A DNA stretch of 59,487 bases from Pseudomonadota bacterium (GTDB lineage: Bacteria > Myxococcota_A > UBA796 > GCA-2862545): the NCBI GenBank assembly GCA_947475315.1, contig CANJMY010000010.1, forward strand, positions 1 through 59,487. Direction: 5' to 3'. The first letter of the stretch is position 1. Each line of letters starts with the position of its first letter. The notes under the pieces were generated by a model, which made no database searches, was not told the origin of the DNA, and saw nothing but the letters and a program-made list of their open reading frames with translations. Below, piece after piece: positions 29,198 through 40,630 of this stretch. Made by a program: the position numbers and the translations under genes.

Positions 29198-30157
29198 TCA
29201 GGCCTCGGCGCCGAGGCTAGCGTTGTTCGGCGTGTCGCCCACGCCGGGGATCCAAGATTCGTCCGGGCCTTCATCAGGCAGGACAAGGGGCTTGTTGAGA
29301 TAGTCCACCCGGATTCCGGGTGAGACGCACATCCGCCAGATGTAGGCGGGCATGCTGGGTTGATCGAGGTTGGGATGAATGTGGGGAGCGACCAGCTCCT
29401 CGTGCGCAGCCTTGGTCTTGGACCAGTGCAGGCCTGCCTGCATGTGGTGAATGGTGTGGTAGCCGTTGTTGAACGCCCACCAGTTGATCCAAGGTCCGAC
29501 GAAGTTTCTGGAGTGGTCCCACTGACTGTCGATTGCCGTGCCGTCGTGTTGTAGGAAATTCATCCCGACGATGCCAGCACCCGCACAATTGTGGGGGATG
29601 AACAAGAACAACAGGAAGGCCATGGGATGGAAGTAGAGCAGCGCGACCTGTGTAGACGCAAACACGACCCACTCGCTCACCCACTGGCGGAACCAGCGCG
29701 GGCGCTCGGTGCGCATGGCGGTCGCGTACTGCAGGTCCGCGGCGAAGATGTCGCGGCTGAGGACGACCGGTGCCAGCAACAGATTCAAGGCGTTGATCTT
29801 GAAGCGCACCTTGGTCGTGCGCATCACGTCGCGGCGCGACTGGGTGTGCAGGTGGTGGGACAGGTTGTGCCCGGGGACGTAGGCGCTCACCGGGTGTCCG
29901 TAGGCCAGCGTCAGCACCAGCTGGAACGCCTTGTTCAGCGTGCGCGAGTGGAAGATCGGCGCGTGGATGGTGTTGTGCGTGATGACGGCGCACATGAAGC
30001 TCATCCAGCAGGTGGCGAGCACCCACGGCACGATCGCCCACCAGGGCAGCTTGTCGAACAGGGCGTAGCCGCCGAGCGACAGCGCGAACGTGGTGCCGAC
30101 GAATGCCAGCGTGCGACGATCGCTGGGCTCCTTGAGCAGGGCCATCGAGTCCTCCAT
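29198..30157 (-). CDS. Membrane fatty-acid desaturase family protein
   Basis: Three His boxes: HNTIH, HNLSHHLH and HTIHHM, separated by TM helices. Confidence 0.8.
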   Translation of the reverse strand: MEDSMALLKEPSDRRTLAFVGTTFALSLGGYALFDKLPWWAIVPWVLATCWMSFMCAVITHNTIHAPIFHSRTLNKAFQLVLTLAYGHPVSAYVPGHNLSHHLHTQSRRDVMRTTKVRFKINALNLLLAPVVLSRDIFAADLQYATAMRTERPRWFRQWVSEWVVFASTQVALLYFHPMAFLLFLFIPHNCAGAGIVGMNFLQHDGTAIDSQWDHSRNFVGPWINWWAFNNGYHTIHHMQAGLHWSKTKAAHEELVAPHIHPNLDQPSMPAYIWRMCVSPGIRVDYLNKPLVLPDEGPDESWIPGVGDTPNNASLGAEA

Positions 30158-30233
30158 TGCAGGGGCGGCTAACACGACGTGGCCGTCTGCCCCGGTGGGC
30201 GATTATCCACCCTCGGGTCTGAGGTCTCTCGAC

Positions 30234-31262
30234 ATGGCCGACACGCCGCTGGAAGCTGCGCCCCCCCGGGCGTCCGCGTGGGGCCACAGGCTCGGCAGGC
30301 TGGTGGAGGTCTGCCTGGTGATGGCGGCCACGGCGGCGGTCTCCGAGGTGGTGCTGAGGCTCGTGAACCCCACGCCCCGCGTGCAGATCACCCGCTCCAA
30401 GCGTCCGGGAGTCGACGGCTGGGACTTCGCGATGCTGGGCGACCAGCCCACTTGGCGCGACGCGGGCTCCGAGGCGCGCCGCAACGACTCCTGCCCCCAC
30501 GAGGGCAGCGTGGACGTGGTGCTGATGGGCACCTCGATCACGTTTGGGACCGGCCTTGGGCCCGACGAGCCGTTCGCGCACCTCATGCAGCGCTCGCTCG
30601 ACGCGCAGGCGCCGGGGCGCTGGTGCGTGCTCAACCTGGCCCAGCCGGCCTATGTCGGGTCGAACAAGCTGGCCGAGCTGCCTGCCGCCCTGGCTCGCTT
30701 CCACCCCAAGCTGGTGCTGTGGGAGGTCTGGGGGAACGACCCCGACCGCTACACGATGGTCGGCCCCGATGCGTTCGCGTTCAAGGACCTCCGCGTCGGC
30801 GCCGACGGCCTGCCGTGGGTGCTGCCCGTCCCCAACCCGCTGCATGGCTGGCTCTTCGCGCGGTCGCGCCTCTACCAGTACGGCACGCTCGCGCTCGACA
30901 GCCGGGTGGACGACGGCGCGGACCGCTGGCACCACTGGGCCGACGATCGCATGGAGCAGGTCTACGCCCTGGTGTCGGCGTCTGGGGCCAAGCTCGCCCT
31001 GTACGCGCCCACGCCGCTCTACAAGGCGCCCGACGAGCTCGCCGACCACCCCGACCAAGCGATGAGCACCGCCAGGACCTGGGGTGCTAAGCACGACGTC
31101 CCCGTGTTCTTCTTCGCGGAGGCGCTGCGCGGGAACGATCCGGCCCAGATCGCCATGCACCGCGACGGGCACCTCAACGCGTTGGGGCATGCCCGCATCG
31201 CGCCGCCGTTCCAGGCGTGGATGGTGTCGCTGCTGCCCGATCTTGCGCCGCCGTCGCCCTGA
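30234..31262 (+). CDS. SGNH/GDSL-type hydrolase-like protein with an N-terminal TM anchor
   Basis: TM helix (LVEVCLVMAATAAV), GTSITFG (GDS(L)-like block I) and a C-terminal DGHLN (Asp/His block V). Divergent from the desaturase. Confidence 0.6.
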   Translation: MADTPLEAAPPRASAWGHRLGRLVEVCLVMAATAAVSEVVLRLVNPTPRVQITRSKRPGVDGWDFAMLGDQPTWRDAGSEARRNDSCPHEGSVDVVLMGTSITFGTGLGPDEPFAHLMQRSLDAQAPGRWCVLNLAQPAYVGSNKLAELPAALARFHPKLVLWEVWGNDPDRYTMVGPDAFAFKDLRVGADGLPWVLPVPNPLHGWLFARSRLYQYGTLALDSRVDDGADRWHHWADDRMEQVYALVSASGAKLALYAPTPLYKAPDELADHPDQAMSTARTWGAKHDVPVFFFAEALRGNDPAQIAMHRDGHLNALGHARIAPPFQAWMVSLLPDLAPPSP

Positions 31263-31328
31263 CTCACGCAATCCGTCGCGCGCGGTCGCGGCGCCCGGTT
31301 ACGCGTGAACACGAGCGGGTGGGAGAGC

Positions 31329-32054
31329 ATGAGCATCGACGGGATGGCGCTGCGGCGACGGCGGGAGCGGCTGGGATTGAGCCTGGAGCGGGTGTCCGAG
31401 GGCACCAAGGTCTCGCTCGACTACCTGCGCGCGCTTGAGTCCGGTGACCTCGCGCTGATCCCGCCCGGCCCCTACGCGGAGCGCTACGCGACCGCCTACG
31501 ACTCGCTCCTGTCTCGTGTCGCCGCCCAAGGTCCCATGGCGATCGACGGCAGCGTCGAGCCGTCGGCGTGGAGCGACGCCGCTTCGCTGCCCACCGTGGA
31601 CGGCGAAGACGGCGAGCCGCTGTCCGAGCCCATCATCCACACGCGCCCCGTGCCGGAGGAGCCCGTGGAGATCGAGCGCCGCGTGCCGCTCGCCACGGTC
31701 CGCCGCATCGCCACCGTCAGCATGACCATCGCCGCGCTCCTGATCACCTGGGAGACGCTGTTTCACTGGAAGCCCTGGCGGGCCGTCACCGGCGCGCGCG
31801 AGGATCACGTGGTCGTGCGGGCGAAGGTGCGCGAGAACGCGCGCCTGGCGGTCCGGGTGGACGGGCTGCTGATGGAGGACCGGGTGTTCGCCGGTCGGGA
31901 AGAGGGCACCTGGTCGGGGTCTGAGCGCGTCGAGCTGGATGTGCCGCGCCTGGATCTGGTCACCGTCACGTTCAACGGCCGCGCGGTCGACCCTCGCGGC
32001 GAGCAGGATCACCCGCGCACGCTCACGTTCGTCGACGACGCCGGGTCGCGCTGA
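31329..32054 (+). CDS. rodZ: RodZ-like protein (XRE-type HTH, TM helix, DUF4115 C-terminal domain)
   Basis: HTH LRRRRERLGLSLERVSEGTKVSLDYLRALE, TM ATVSMTIAALLITW, and a beta-rich C-terminal domain. Confidence 0.6.
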   Translation: MSIDGMALRRRRERLGLSLERVSEGTKVSLDYLRALESGDLALIPPGPYAERYATAYDSLLSRVAAQGPMAIDGSVEPSAWSDAASLPTVDGEDGEPLSEPIIHTRPVPEEPVEIERRVPLATVRRIATVSMTIAALLITWETLFHWKPWRAVTGAREDHVVVRAKVRENARLAVRVDGLLMEDRVFAGREEGTWSGSERVELDVPRLDLVTVTFNGRAVDPRGEQDHPRTLTFVDDAGSR

Positions 32055-32057
32055 CGC

Positions 32058-32783
32058 ATGGAGCACGGCGCCGACGCGATCGTGGTGGGGCGCGTCGACG
32101 TCGGGGACGCAGATCGGGTCATGCGCTTCCTCACCGCGGACCACGGTCGCTTGGACCTGATGGCCCGCGGCGCGCGCACGTCGCGCAAGCGCTTTGGGCC
32201 CGCGCTGGAGCTGGGCACGCGGGTGTTTGTGGTGTGGCGGCGTGGTCGCGGCGACCTGTCCTCGCTCGACCGCTGCGATGCGATCGCCATGCCGCGCCGC
32301 GCGCGCGAGGGCTACGACCGCGTCGTGCTGCTCGCCTACGGCTGTGAGCTGGCCTACGCGCTGTCGGCGGCCGGGCAGGGAAACGAGAAGCTGTTCCGCC
32401 TGCTGCTCGCGTGGCTCGATCTGCTGGAGGCGGACACGGAGCCCGGCCACGCGGAGCGCGTCGCGTTCGAGGCCAAGGCGCTGACCTTCTCCGGCCTGAC
32501 GCCCGCGCTCACGCGGTGCGCGGTCTGTGGTGAGCCGCTGGACGGCGAGGTGCGCTTTGACCCGGAGGCCGGCGGAGCCGTGCACCTGGGCTGCGGCCCT
32601 GGGAAGGTGGTGGACGCCACCGTGCTCGCGGTTCTCGACACGTTGCGACGCACCGCGCTCGCCGACGTGGGCCCCATCGAGCTACCCAAGGCCGGCCGCT
32701 GGCTGCTCGCGGACTTCGTCGAGCACCACCACCGGGCCAGGATGCGCTCGCGCGCCTTGCTCGACACGATGGAGGGCGCATGA
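32058..32783 (+). CDS. recO: DNA repair protein RecO
   Basis: N-terminal OB fold (IVVGRVDVGDADRVMRFLT) and zinc-binding CAVCGEP...HLGCG. Confidence 0.8.
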   Translation: MEHGADAIVVGRVDVGDADRVMRFLTADHGRLDLMARGARTSRKRFGPALELGTRVFVVWRRGRGDLSSLDRCDAIAMPRRAREGYDRVVLLAYGCELAYALSAAGQGNEKLFRLLLAWLDLLEADTEPGHAERVAFEAKALTFSGLTPALTRCAVCGEPLDGEVRFDPEAGGAVHLGCGPGKVVDATVLAVLDTLRRTALADVGPIELPKAGRWLLADFVEHHHRARMRSRALLDTMEGA

Positions 32784-33499
32784 GGTTCTGGATTGGGCTG
32801 GTGATGCTGGGCGCCGCGGGCTGCGCGCCGTCGACCGTGTCGATCGCGGGCCGCGTGATGGCGGGCTTCCATTCGACGGACGTCGCCGCTGGCGCACACG
32901 TGGAGCTGCGTGACGAGGCGTTCGGGCTGGTCGACGTCGCCGACGCCGACGCCGACGGCGTGTTCTTCGTCGACGCGCCCGAGCGGGCCTACATCCACCT
33001 GATCGTCTCTGGCGACGGGCTCGTGCCCGCCTCGTTCCCCGGCGAGTCCGGCGACGGCCCCGCGTTCGACATCCCGAACGGCCAGATCTTCGCGGTGACC
33101 GAGGCCGAGCTCGCCGCGGAGCGCGCAGACTTCCTAGGCTGTGCGGGCGCTGAGGAGGCGGACGGCGTCATCTACGGCACGGCCTGGCTCTCGGTGCCCG
33201 TCGCCGACGTGACCACCGGCCCGCCGGAGCCGGCCGCCTTTGCCTACGTCGAAGACCTAAACCAGACCGACAAGCGGACCGCCTGCTACCTGGATGACGC
33301 GGGCTCTGCGGTGGCACCGGACGCCACCGTGGCCGGCACCACCGGTCGCTTCGCGATCTTTGGCGTGGCCGGCGGCCCGTGGGCGCTCACCCAGGGTCGC
33401 ATGACCTCGAGCTCCAGCTCCGTGCTGGGACGGCAGACCGTCTACGTGCCCGAGGGCGGCGTGCTCGCCCGCCTGCCCGCGCTGGTGCCGGTCCTCTAG
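32780..33499 (+). CDS. Hypothetical lipoprotein
   Basis: Lipobox LGAAGCAP; no family recognised. Start overlaps the recO stop. Confidence 0.5.
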   Translation: MRFWIGLVMLGAAGCAPSTVSIAGRVMAGFHSTDVAAGAHVELRDEAFGLVDVADADADGVFFVDAPERAYIHLIVSGDGLVPASFPGESGDGPAFDIPNGQIFAVTEAELAAERADFLGCAGAEEADGVIYGTAWLSVPVADVTTGPPEPAAFAYVEDLNQTDKRTACYLDDAGSAVAPDATVAGTTGRFAIFGVAGGPWALTQGRMTSSSSSVLGRQTVYVPEGGVLARLPALVPVL

Positions 33500-33658
33500 T
33501 TTGTCCTCGCGCGCCGCAGGCCTGTGTCGCGCGCCGCGGCGGCGCAATCGTGTCGTCCGCGTGGTTCAGGGCTCAGACCGTGTCTTGTCGGACCGATAGG
33601 GTTGTGCGAGCGGAATCGATTCCGTACGGGTTACCGCCCGTGGTATCCGTGGACACGA

Positions 33659-34696
33659 ATGAACGACCCCTCGTCGCAAACTCTTCGAAGCTCTCACGGC
33701 GTGCCCGTGGCGTGGCACGTCCGCTCGGACGTGGGCCGGGTCCGTTCCAACAATGAGGACGCCTGGGGCGCGCGTTGGCTCCCGGACGGATCCCTCCTGC
33801 TGGTCGTGTGCGACGGCATGGGCGGGCACGAGGCCGGTGAGGTCGCGTCCAACCTGGCGGTGGAGGTCATCTCCAACGTGATCCTGCACTCCGACACCAC
33901 CACGCCGCAGGCCGCCGTCTACGAGGCGCTGATCGCGGCCAACCAGGCGATCGTCGACGAGAGCCGCAACGCGGGCCGACGCGGGATGGGCACCACCGCC
34001 ATCGTCGCGCTGGTGCGTGGGCGCGAGGTCTACGCGGGCCTGGTCGGCGACAGCCGCATGTACCATGTGCGTCGCGGCAACGTGGCGCTCCGCACGGTGG
34101 ACCACACCCGCGTGCAGAGCCTGCTCGACCGCGGCGAGATCCGCCGCGAGGACGCCCGAGACCACCCGGACGCCGGCATGCTCACCCGCGCGCTCGGGCA
34201 CGCCCGCATGAGCAACGGCCTGCCGCTCGTCCCTGAGGTGTTCGCCGAGGCGATCCACCTCGAAGACGGCGACTCGATCGTGCTGTCCAGCGACGGCATG
34301 CACGACCTGATCGAGGACTGGGAGGTCGCGGCCACCGTCGCCGGCGAGACGCCGGACCGGGCGGCCGAGGCCCTGGTGGACCTGGCGCTGGACCGTGGCG
34401 GCCACGACAACTGCACGGTCGCGATGCTCACGATCGGCGAGCGCGCGAGCGCGTACGACGCGTCCTTCGCCGAGCCCATGGTGCCGTCCGAGGGCGCCGT
34501 TGACGTGGACATGGACGGCCCGACCGTCGATGAGTCCCGCCGCGGCGAGCGCCTTGTTGTTCAGGAAGTCCCTGCCAAGAAGCGGGACGATCAGCTCCTG
34601 CTCATGGCCCTGGTCGCGGGGATCTTCCTGCTGGCCGTGTCCGTGGCGCTGATGACGGGTATCTGGTTCATGTACGCGCGAGAGGGCGCGCCCTAG
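33659..34696 (+). CDS. PP2C-family Ser/Thr protein phosphatase with a C-terminal TM anchor
   Basis: SDVGRVRSNNEDA, VCDGMGGHEAGEVAS, DSRMY and the GGHDNCT metal-binding Asp motifs. C-terminal TM LMALVAGIFLLAVSVALM. Confidence 0.85.
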   Translation: MNDPSSQTLRSSHGVPVAWHVRSDVGRVRSNNEDAWGARWLPDGSLLLVVCDGMGGHEAGEVASNLAVEVISNVILHSDTTTPQAAVYEALIAANQAIVDESRNAGRRGMGTTAIVALVRGREVYAGLVGDSRMYHVRRGNVALRTVDHTRVQSLLDRGEIRREDARDHPDAGMLTRALGHARMSNGLPLVPEVFAEAIHLEDGDSIVLSSDGMHDLIEDWEVAATVAGETPDRAAEALVDLALDRGGHDNCTVAMLTIGERASAYDASFAEPMVPSEGAVDVDMDGPTVDESRRGERLVVQEVPAKKRDDQLLLMALVAGIFLLAVSVALMTGIWFMYAREGAP

Positions 34697-34760
34697 ACGC
34701 GCCCGATGTCCGAAGTGGGTCGAGTCGTGCTAGGGTTCCTGTGGATGCCGGAGGCCACGA

Positions 34761-36822
34761 ATGGGTCGTAGCGCCGACGATGTCGCCGTAGCGGTGCGCA
34801 CGTTCGGACTCGTAGGTCACCGGTCGGCCGGGAAGACCCAGCTCGCGGAGAGCTTGCTGCACGCGGCAGGCGTGGTGCGTGAGCCCGGTCTGGTCGATCG
34901 CGGCGAGGCCCTGCTCGCGTCCGAGCCCGAAGAGCACGCGCGCGGAGGCAGCCTGTGGCCTGCCATCGCCTGGATGCCCTGGCAGGACGCCGTCGTTCAG
35001 ATGATCGACACGCCCGGAGACGACGCCTCCACGCACACCGCGCGGCTGGCCTTGTCGGGCGTGGACGCCGAGCTGCTGGTGATCTCCGGTCCGGACGGGC
35101 TGGAGCGCGGCGCGGAGGACGCGCTGCGGGCCTCGCGTCACGCCGATCGGCCGATGATCGCCGTGATCAGCAAGCTCGACCGCCCCGCCGACCTGGACGG
35201 CATCCTCGCGCGCTTGGCCGACGTGGGCCGCCGTCGGGTGCTCCCGCTGCAGGTGCCCGTGTTCGACAAGCACGGCGCGCTGACCAGCCTGGTCGACGTG
35301 ATCGGCGAGCGGCTCCTGACGTGGTCCGCCCCGGGCGAGCCTGTCGTGGGCCCTGTCCCCGAGGACCTGATCGATGAGGCCGAGGCGCTACGCGAGCGCG
35401 TCGTCGACGCGGCCGCCATGTGCGACGAGGCGCTGCTCGAAGCGTGCCTAGCCCAAGCGCCCATCTCGGCGGAGTCGCTCTGGCCTGCGCTCGCGCGCGC
35501 GGTGCGGGACGGCGTGGTGCTGCCGGTGCTCTTCGCGAGCGGCGTGAAGGGTGTGGGTGCTCAGCCGGTGCTCGACACCATGTCGCAGCTGACGCCGTGC
35601 CCGCTCGGCTGGACGCTCCCGCCCGACGGCGACGGCGAGCCCGCGTTCGTCGCGCAGTGGATCGCCAGCCGCCTGGACGCCGAGGGCCAGGTCGTGTCGA
35701 TCGTGCGCATCTGGCAGGGGCACGTCGGCCCGAACTTGATGTGGAAGAACGCGCGAACGGGCGGCACCGTGCGGGTCCGCAAGCCGTATGAGGCCCGCGG
35801 CCCCCGTCGCTCGGTCGCGCGGCACGACGGCCCCGGCACGCTGCTCGCGCTGTGGGAAGATCTGCCCGGCCTGCCTGGCGACACCTTCACCGACGGCCCC
35901 CGCGTGCCGCTGGGTCCGCCGGCCTCCCGCCCCGCCATGGCCTGGCTCAACCTGGCGCCGCGCGACCCCACGCACCGCGAGCGCGTGGTCGCAGGCCTGA
36001 GCCGACTCGCGCGCCTGGATCCGTCCGTGCGCGTGGAGGACGACGCCACCACCGGCGCCATCCGCCTGTCCGGCACCAACCCGCGCCAGCTGGAGCAGGT
36101 TGTCGAGCTGCTCCGTGGTCGGTTGGCGCTGGAGGTCACCTCGTCGCTGCCTCCCGTGCGCTACCTGGAGCGCCCCGTCGCGGGCGTGACCGGCGTGCAC
36201 ACGCTGCACCGCAAGGAGAGGGGCGGGGACGTCTCGGAGTTCGCCGAGGTGTGGGTCGATTTGACGCCTGCGACGATCGACGCGCCCTTCCGCTTCGTGT
36301 CGGACGTCGACGAGGACGTGCTGCCCACGCGCTTCCAGCCCCCAGTGGGCGAGGGCGCCAAGCGTGCACTCGAGCAGGGCCCGACCGGCGGCTACCCGGT
36401 GCGCGGCGTGTTCGTGCGCCTCACCGGCGGCGAGTACGACGTGCTCGAGTCCAAGGAAGAGCACTTCATCACGGCGGGCGAGCTGGTGATGCGCGCCGCG
36501 CTGCACGCCTCGGGGACGGAGCTCTGGGAGCCGTGGACCGAGGTCCACGTGTTCGTGCCGTCGGCCGACGTGGGCGCGGTGCTGTCGGACCTGGCGTCGC
36601 AGCGCGCGCGCGTGATGGGCCTTGAGGTCGATCACGACGACGAGACGTCGATCCAGGCGTGGCTTCCGGACCGCGAGATGCGCACCCTGTCGACGCGGCT
36701 CGACTCGCTGACGGGTGGCCGGGGCTGGTTCATCCCGCGCTCGACACACTACGACAAGCTGCCCCGTGATCTGGTCGCCGACGCGGTGGCGTCTTCGCCC
36801 TTCCGTCGGGTACGGTCGACGG

Positions 36823-36833
<11 letters not shown>
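34761..36833 (+). CDS. EF-G-family translational GTPase paralogue with divergent G motifs
   Basis: EF-G domain order, but G1 is GHRSAGKT (canonical AHIDAGKT), G3 is DTPG, and G4 is SKLD (canonical NKMD). Confidence 0.7.
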
Positions 36834-37821
<988 letters not shown>

Positions 37822-37910
37822 CGCTGAGCGGTCGCGCGCCCCGCGAGCGGGGCAGTCCTACGCGGGCGGCGCGGCGTGCTCCGGCGCCGCGCGGCGCCGG
37901 CCCGCGGCGA

Positions 37911-39128
37911 TCAGTCTCGGCGGGGACCGGACGGGCGGCCGCCGCGCGCAGGCGGGCGACGCGAGTCAGAGCGCGACTCGGAGCGCGGCTGAGGGCCGTC
38001 GAGGCCAGCGTCGAAATTGCGCAGCGCGGCGCGCTGGATCTTGTTGCCGATGGCCTTCTCGATCTGGGCGAAGTTGCCCTCTTCATCCGGCGAGATGAAC
38101 GTGAGCACCGCGCCCTCGGCGCCCGCGCGCGCGGTGCGGCCGCTGCGGTGGATGTAGTCCTCAGACGAGAAGGGGACGTCGAAGTGTACGACGTGCGTGA
38201 TGCCGTCCACGTCGATGCCGCGGGCGGCGACGTCGGTGGCGACGATCACAGGGCAGTCGCCGCGACGGAACGCCTCCAGGGCGGCGACGCGCTCCTCCTG
38301 CGTGCGATCGGAGTGCATGCTGGTGGCGTTCACGCCGCTGCGCGTGACGGTGCGCGCGAGCTGGTCGGCGTCCTTCTTGCGCTTCACGAACACGATCACG
38401 GACTTCATCGCGCGGTGGCGCAGCAGCTCGCAGAGTAGCGCGGCCTTGCGGCGCGACGACACGCGGAACGCGCGCTGCACCAGCTTCTCGGCGGGCTTCT
38501 GCGCGTCGACCGTGACGGTGGCCGGGTCACGCAGGATCTCGTCGGCGAGCTTGCGGACGGCCGGCGCCATGGTGGCCGAGAACAGCATGGTCTGACGCTC
38601 CTTGGGGAGCTTCTCGATGATGCGACGCAGGTCCGGGAGGAAGCCCATGTCGAACATACGGTCGGCCTCGTCGAGCACCAGGACCTCAAGCCCCGAGTAG
38701 TCGACATAGCCAAAGCGCATGTGGTCGAGCAGTCGGCCGGGCGTGGCGACGATGATCTCGGCGCCGGCCTTGATGGCCCACTCCTGCGGGCGGATGTCCA
38801 CGCCGCCGACCACGGACACGGCGGTGAAGCCGAGGTGGTAGCCGAGCGCGAGCGCCTGCTCGTCGGTCTGCATCGCGAGCTCGCGCGTGGGCGCGAGGAT
38901 CAGGACGCGGAGCTTGCCCTTCTCACCGCCCGCCATGCGCTGCAGGATGGGGAGGAGGAAGGCGGCGGTCTTGCCCGTGCCGGTGGACGCGCAGCCGATG
39001 ATGTCGCGGCCGGTCATGGCGATGGGGATGGCTTGCATCTGAATGGGGGTGGGCCGCTCGAATCCAAGGTCACGCAGCGCGGTGGTGAGCTCAGGGATGA
39101 GATTGAAGGCCTCAAAGGTGTCGGACAT
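37911..39128 (-). CDS. DEAD-box ATP-dependent RNA helicase (RhlE-like, Arg-rich C-tail)
   Basis: Q motif, AxTGTGKT, DEAD (VLDEADRM), SAT and HRSGRTAR motifs. Confidence 0.9.
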   Translation of the reverse strand: MSDTFEAFNLIPELTTALRDLGFERPTPIQMQAIPIAMTGRDIIGCASTGTGKTAAFLLPILQRMAGGEKGKLRVLILAPTRELAMQTDEQALALGYHLGFTAVSVVGGVDIRPQEWAIKAGAEIIVATPGRLLDHMRFGYVDYSGLEVLVLDEADRMFDMGFLPDLRRIIEKLPKERQTMLFSATMAPAVRKLADEILRDPATVTVDAQKPAEKLVQRAFRVSSRRKAALLCELLRHRAMKSVIVFVKRKKDADQLARTVTRSGVNATSMHSDRTQEERVAALEAFRRGDCPVIVATDVAARGIDVDGITHVVHFDVPFSSEDYIHRSGRTARAGAEGAVLTFISPDEEGNFAQIEKAIGNKIQRAALRNFDAGLDGPQPRSESRSDSRRPPARGGRPSGPRRD

Positions 39129-39274
39129 GCGCTCCTAGCGGGAAGGCGCCACAAGTATGCTGTGTTGCGTCGGTAGTCAAGGTTTCGAGCGCAATTCTCG
39201 GCCTTGTCGGGTGCCGTCGCGAGTTGGGCGCGCGGCTGTGGGGAGATCGGTGGTAGCTTGCCGCCGGGCACACC

Positions 39275-40468
39275 ATGGAGGTCTCCTTGCCGAGCACGTA
39301 CAGCGCCAGGCTCTCGCTCGTCCTCGCGTCGTTGGCGGCGTGTCAGGGCGGCTCGCCGTTACCGCATGGGAAGAACGATCCGAACGACATCCGATCGATG
39401 GCAGGCGCGGAGCGGCTGGACGGCTGCCTCGTGGCCCCGGACTACGCCAAGCAGCCCGAAGACATGGACATCGTGGTGGCGGACTGCCACTGGGTCGTGG
39501 CGAATGGCGCGGACTGCCCCGCAGCGGACGCCCCGCTTCCCTGGACCGACCCGCTGTACTCGCGGACCACGCCGGAGGCCGGTTGCGCGGCGCTCGGGCG
39601 GACCGTGTGCCTCACTGCCGCGACGGGGCGGGTCGACACGCCCGTCGAAACCGGGTGGACCGGGGACACCACCGACACCGATGCACCTCCAGACACCCGC
39701 GACGTTTGCCACTATGGCTGCGTCGTCGTGCTGAACGGAGCGGTCTGCGGCCGCCCCCTCCGCGCCGAGGCCGGCGCCGCCTGCGTCGCCCCGGTCGTGG
39801 CCCGTTCTGGCTGGTCCGCCCCGCTCGCGGTGGAGGCGCTGCCCGCCGACCTGCGTCAGGCCCTCGGCGAGCGCTGGCTGCGCGACGCGGTGGGGGAGCA
39901 CGCGTCGATCGCGTCGTTCGCGCGCCTCGCCCTCGACCTGCTCGCGCACGGCGCGCCCGCCGACCTGATCGCGCGGGTCACCGAGGCCCAGGCGGACGAG
40001 GTTCGGCATGCGACCGCGGCGTTCTCCATCGCGTCGGCGGCGCTAGGCACCGCGGTGGGCCCGGGTGCGCTCGCCATCCCGCAGGGCCCGACGCCGACGC
40101 TCGCGCAGCTCGCCGCCGACACCGTGCGCGACGGCTGCCTCAACGAGTCGATCGCGGCGGCCGAGGCGATGGTCCGGCTGGCGGGCGCGTCGCCCGGGCC
40201 GATCGCGGACGCGCTGCGGCAGGTCGTGGAGGACGAGGCGCGGCACGCCGTCCTGGCGCGTGACCTTGTCGCCTGGGCGATCGAGCAGGGCGGGGAGGAG
40301 GTCGCGGTGGCCGTGGCGGCGGCGTGGCGCGTGGGCGTCGAGTCCGTCGCCCACGTGGCCGACGAGCGCGTCGCGCCCGAGGTCGGGCTGTGCGGCGCGG
40401 ACGCCCTCCGGCTCGCACACACCCAGGTGCGTCAGACCCTGTGGGCACCCGAGGTCGCGGCCGCCTGA
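39275..40468 (+). CDS. Lipoprotein with a C-terminal ferritin-like/DUF-type four-helix domain; hypothetical
   Basis: Lipobox LAACQG, a Cys-rich and DTD-containing N-terminal region, and a C-terminal EHASIASFARL...EVRHA diiron-like helix pair. Confidence 0.5.
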   Translation: MEVSLPSTYSARLSLVLASLAACQGGSPLPHGKNDPNDIRSMAGAERLDGCLVAPDYAKQPEDMDIVVADCHWVVANGADCPAADAPLPWTDPLYSRTTPEAGCAALGRTVCLTAATGRVDTPVETGWTGDTTDTDAPPDTRDVCHYGCVVVLNGAVCGRPLRAEAGAACVAPVVARSGWSAPLAVEALPADLRQALGERWLRDAVGEHASIASFARLALDLLAHGAPADLIARVTEAQADEVRHATAAFSIASAALGTAVGPGALAIPQGPTPTLAQLAADTVRDGCLNESIAAAEAMVRLAGASPGPIADALRQVVEDEARHAVLARDLVAWAIEQGGEEVAVAVAAAWRVGVESVAHVADERVAPEVGLCGADALRLAHTQVRQTLWAPEVAAA

Positions 40469-40630
40469 CGCGGCCGCCCGCAGGGGCAGCGAGCGCGCTT
40501 GGCTTGCAGCGCAGGCGTGCGCGGAGGGGCCTTGCGTGGATCCAGCGGAGCGCGTGCGCGTCCGATCGAGACGCCGGGGCCAAACCGAGATAGACCCCTG
40601 GGTCGCCCGCGACCAGGACCCGCAGAATCC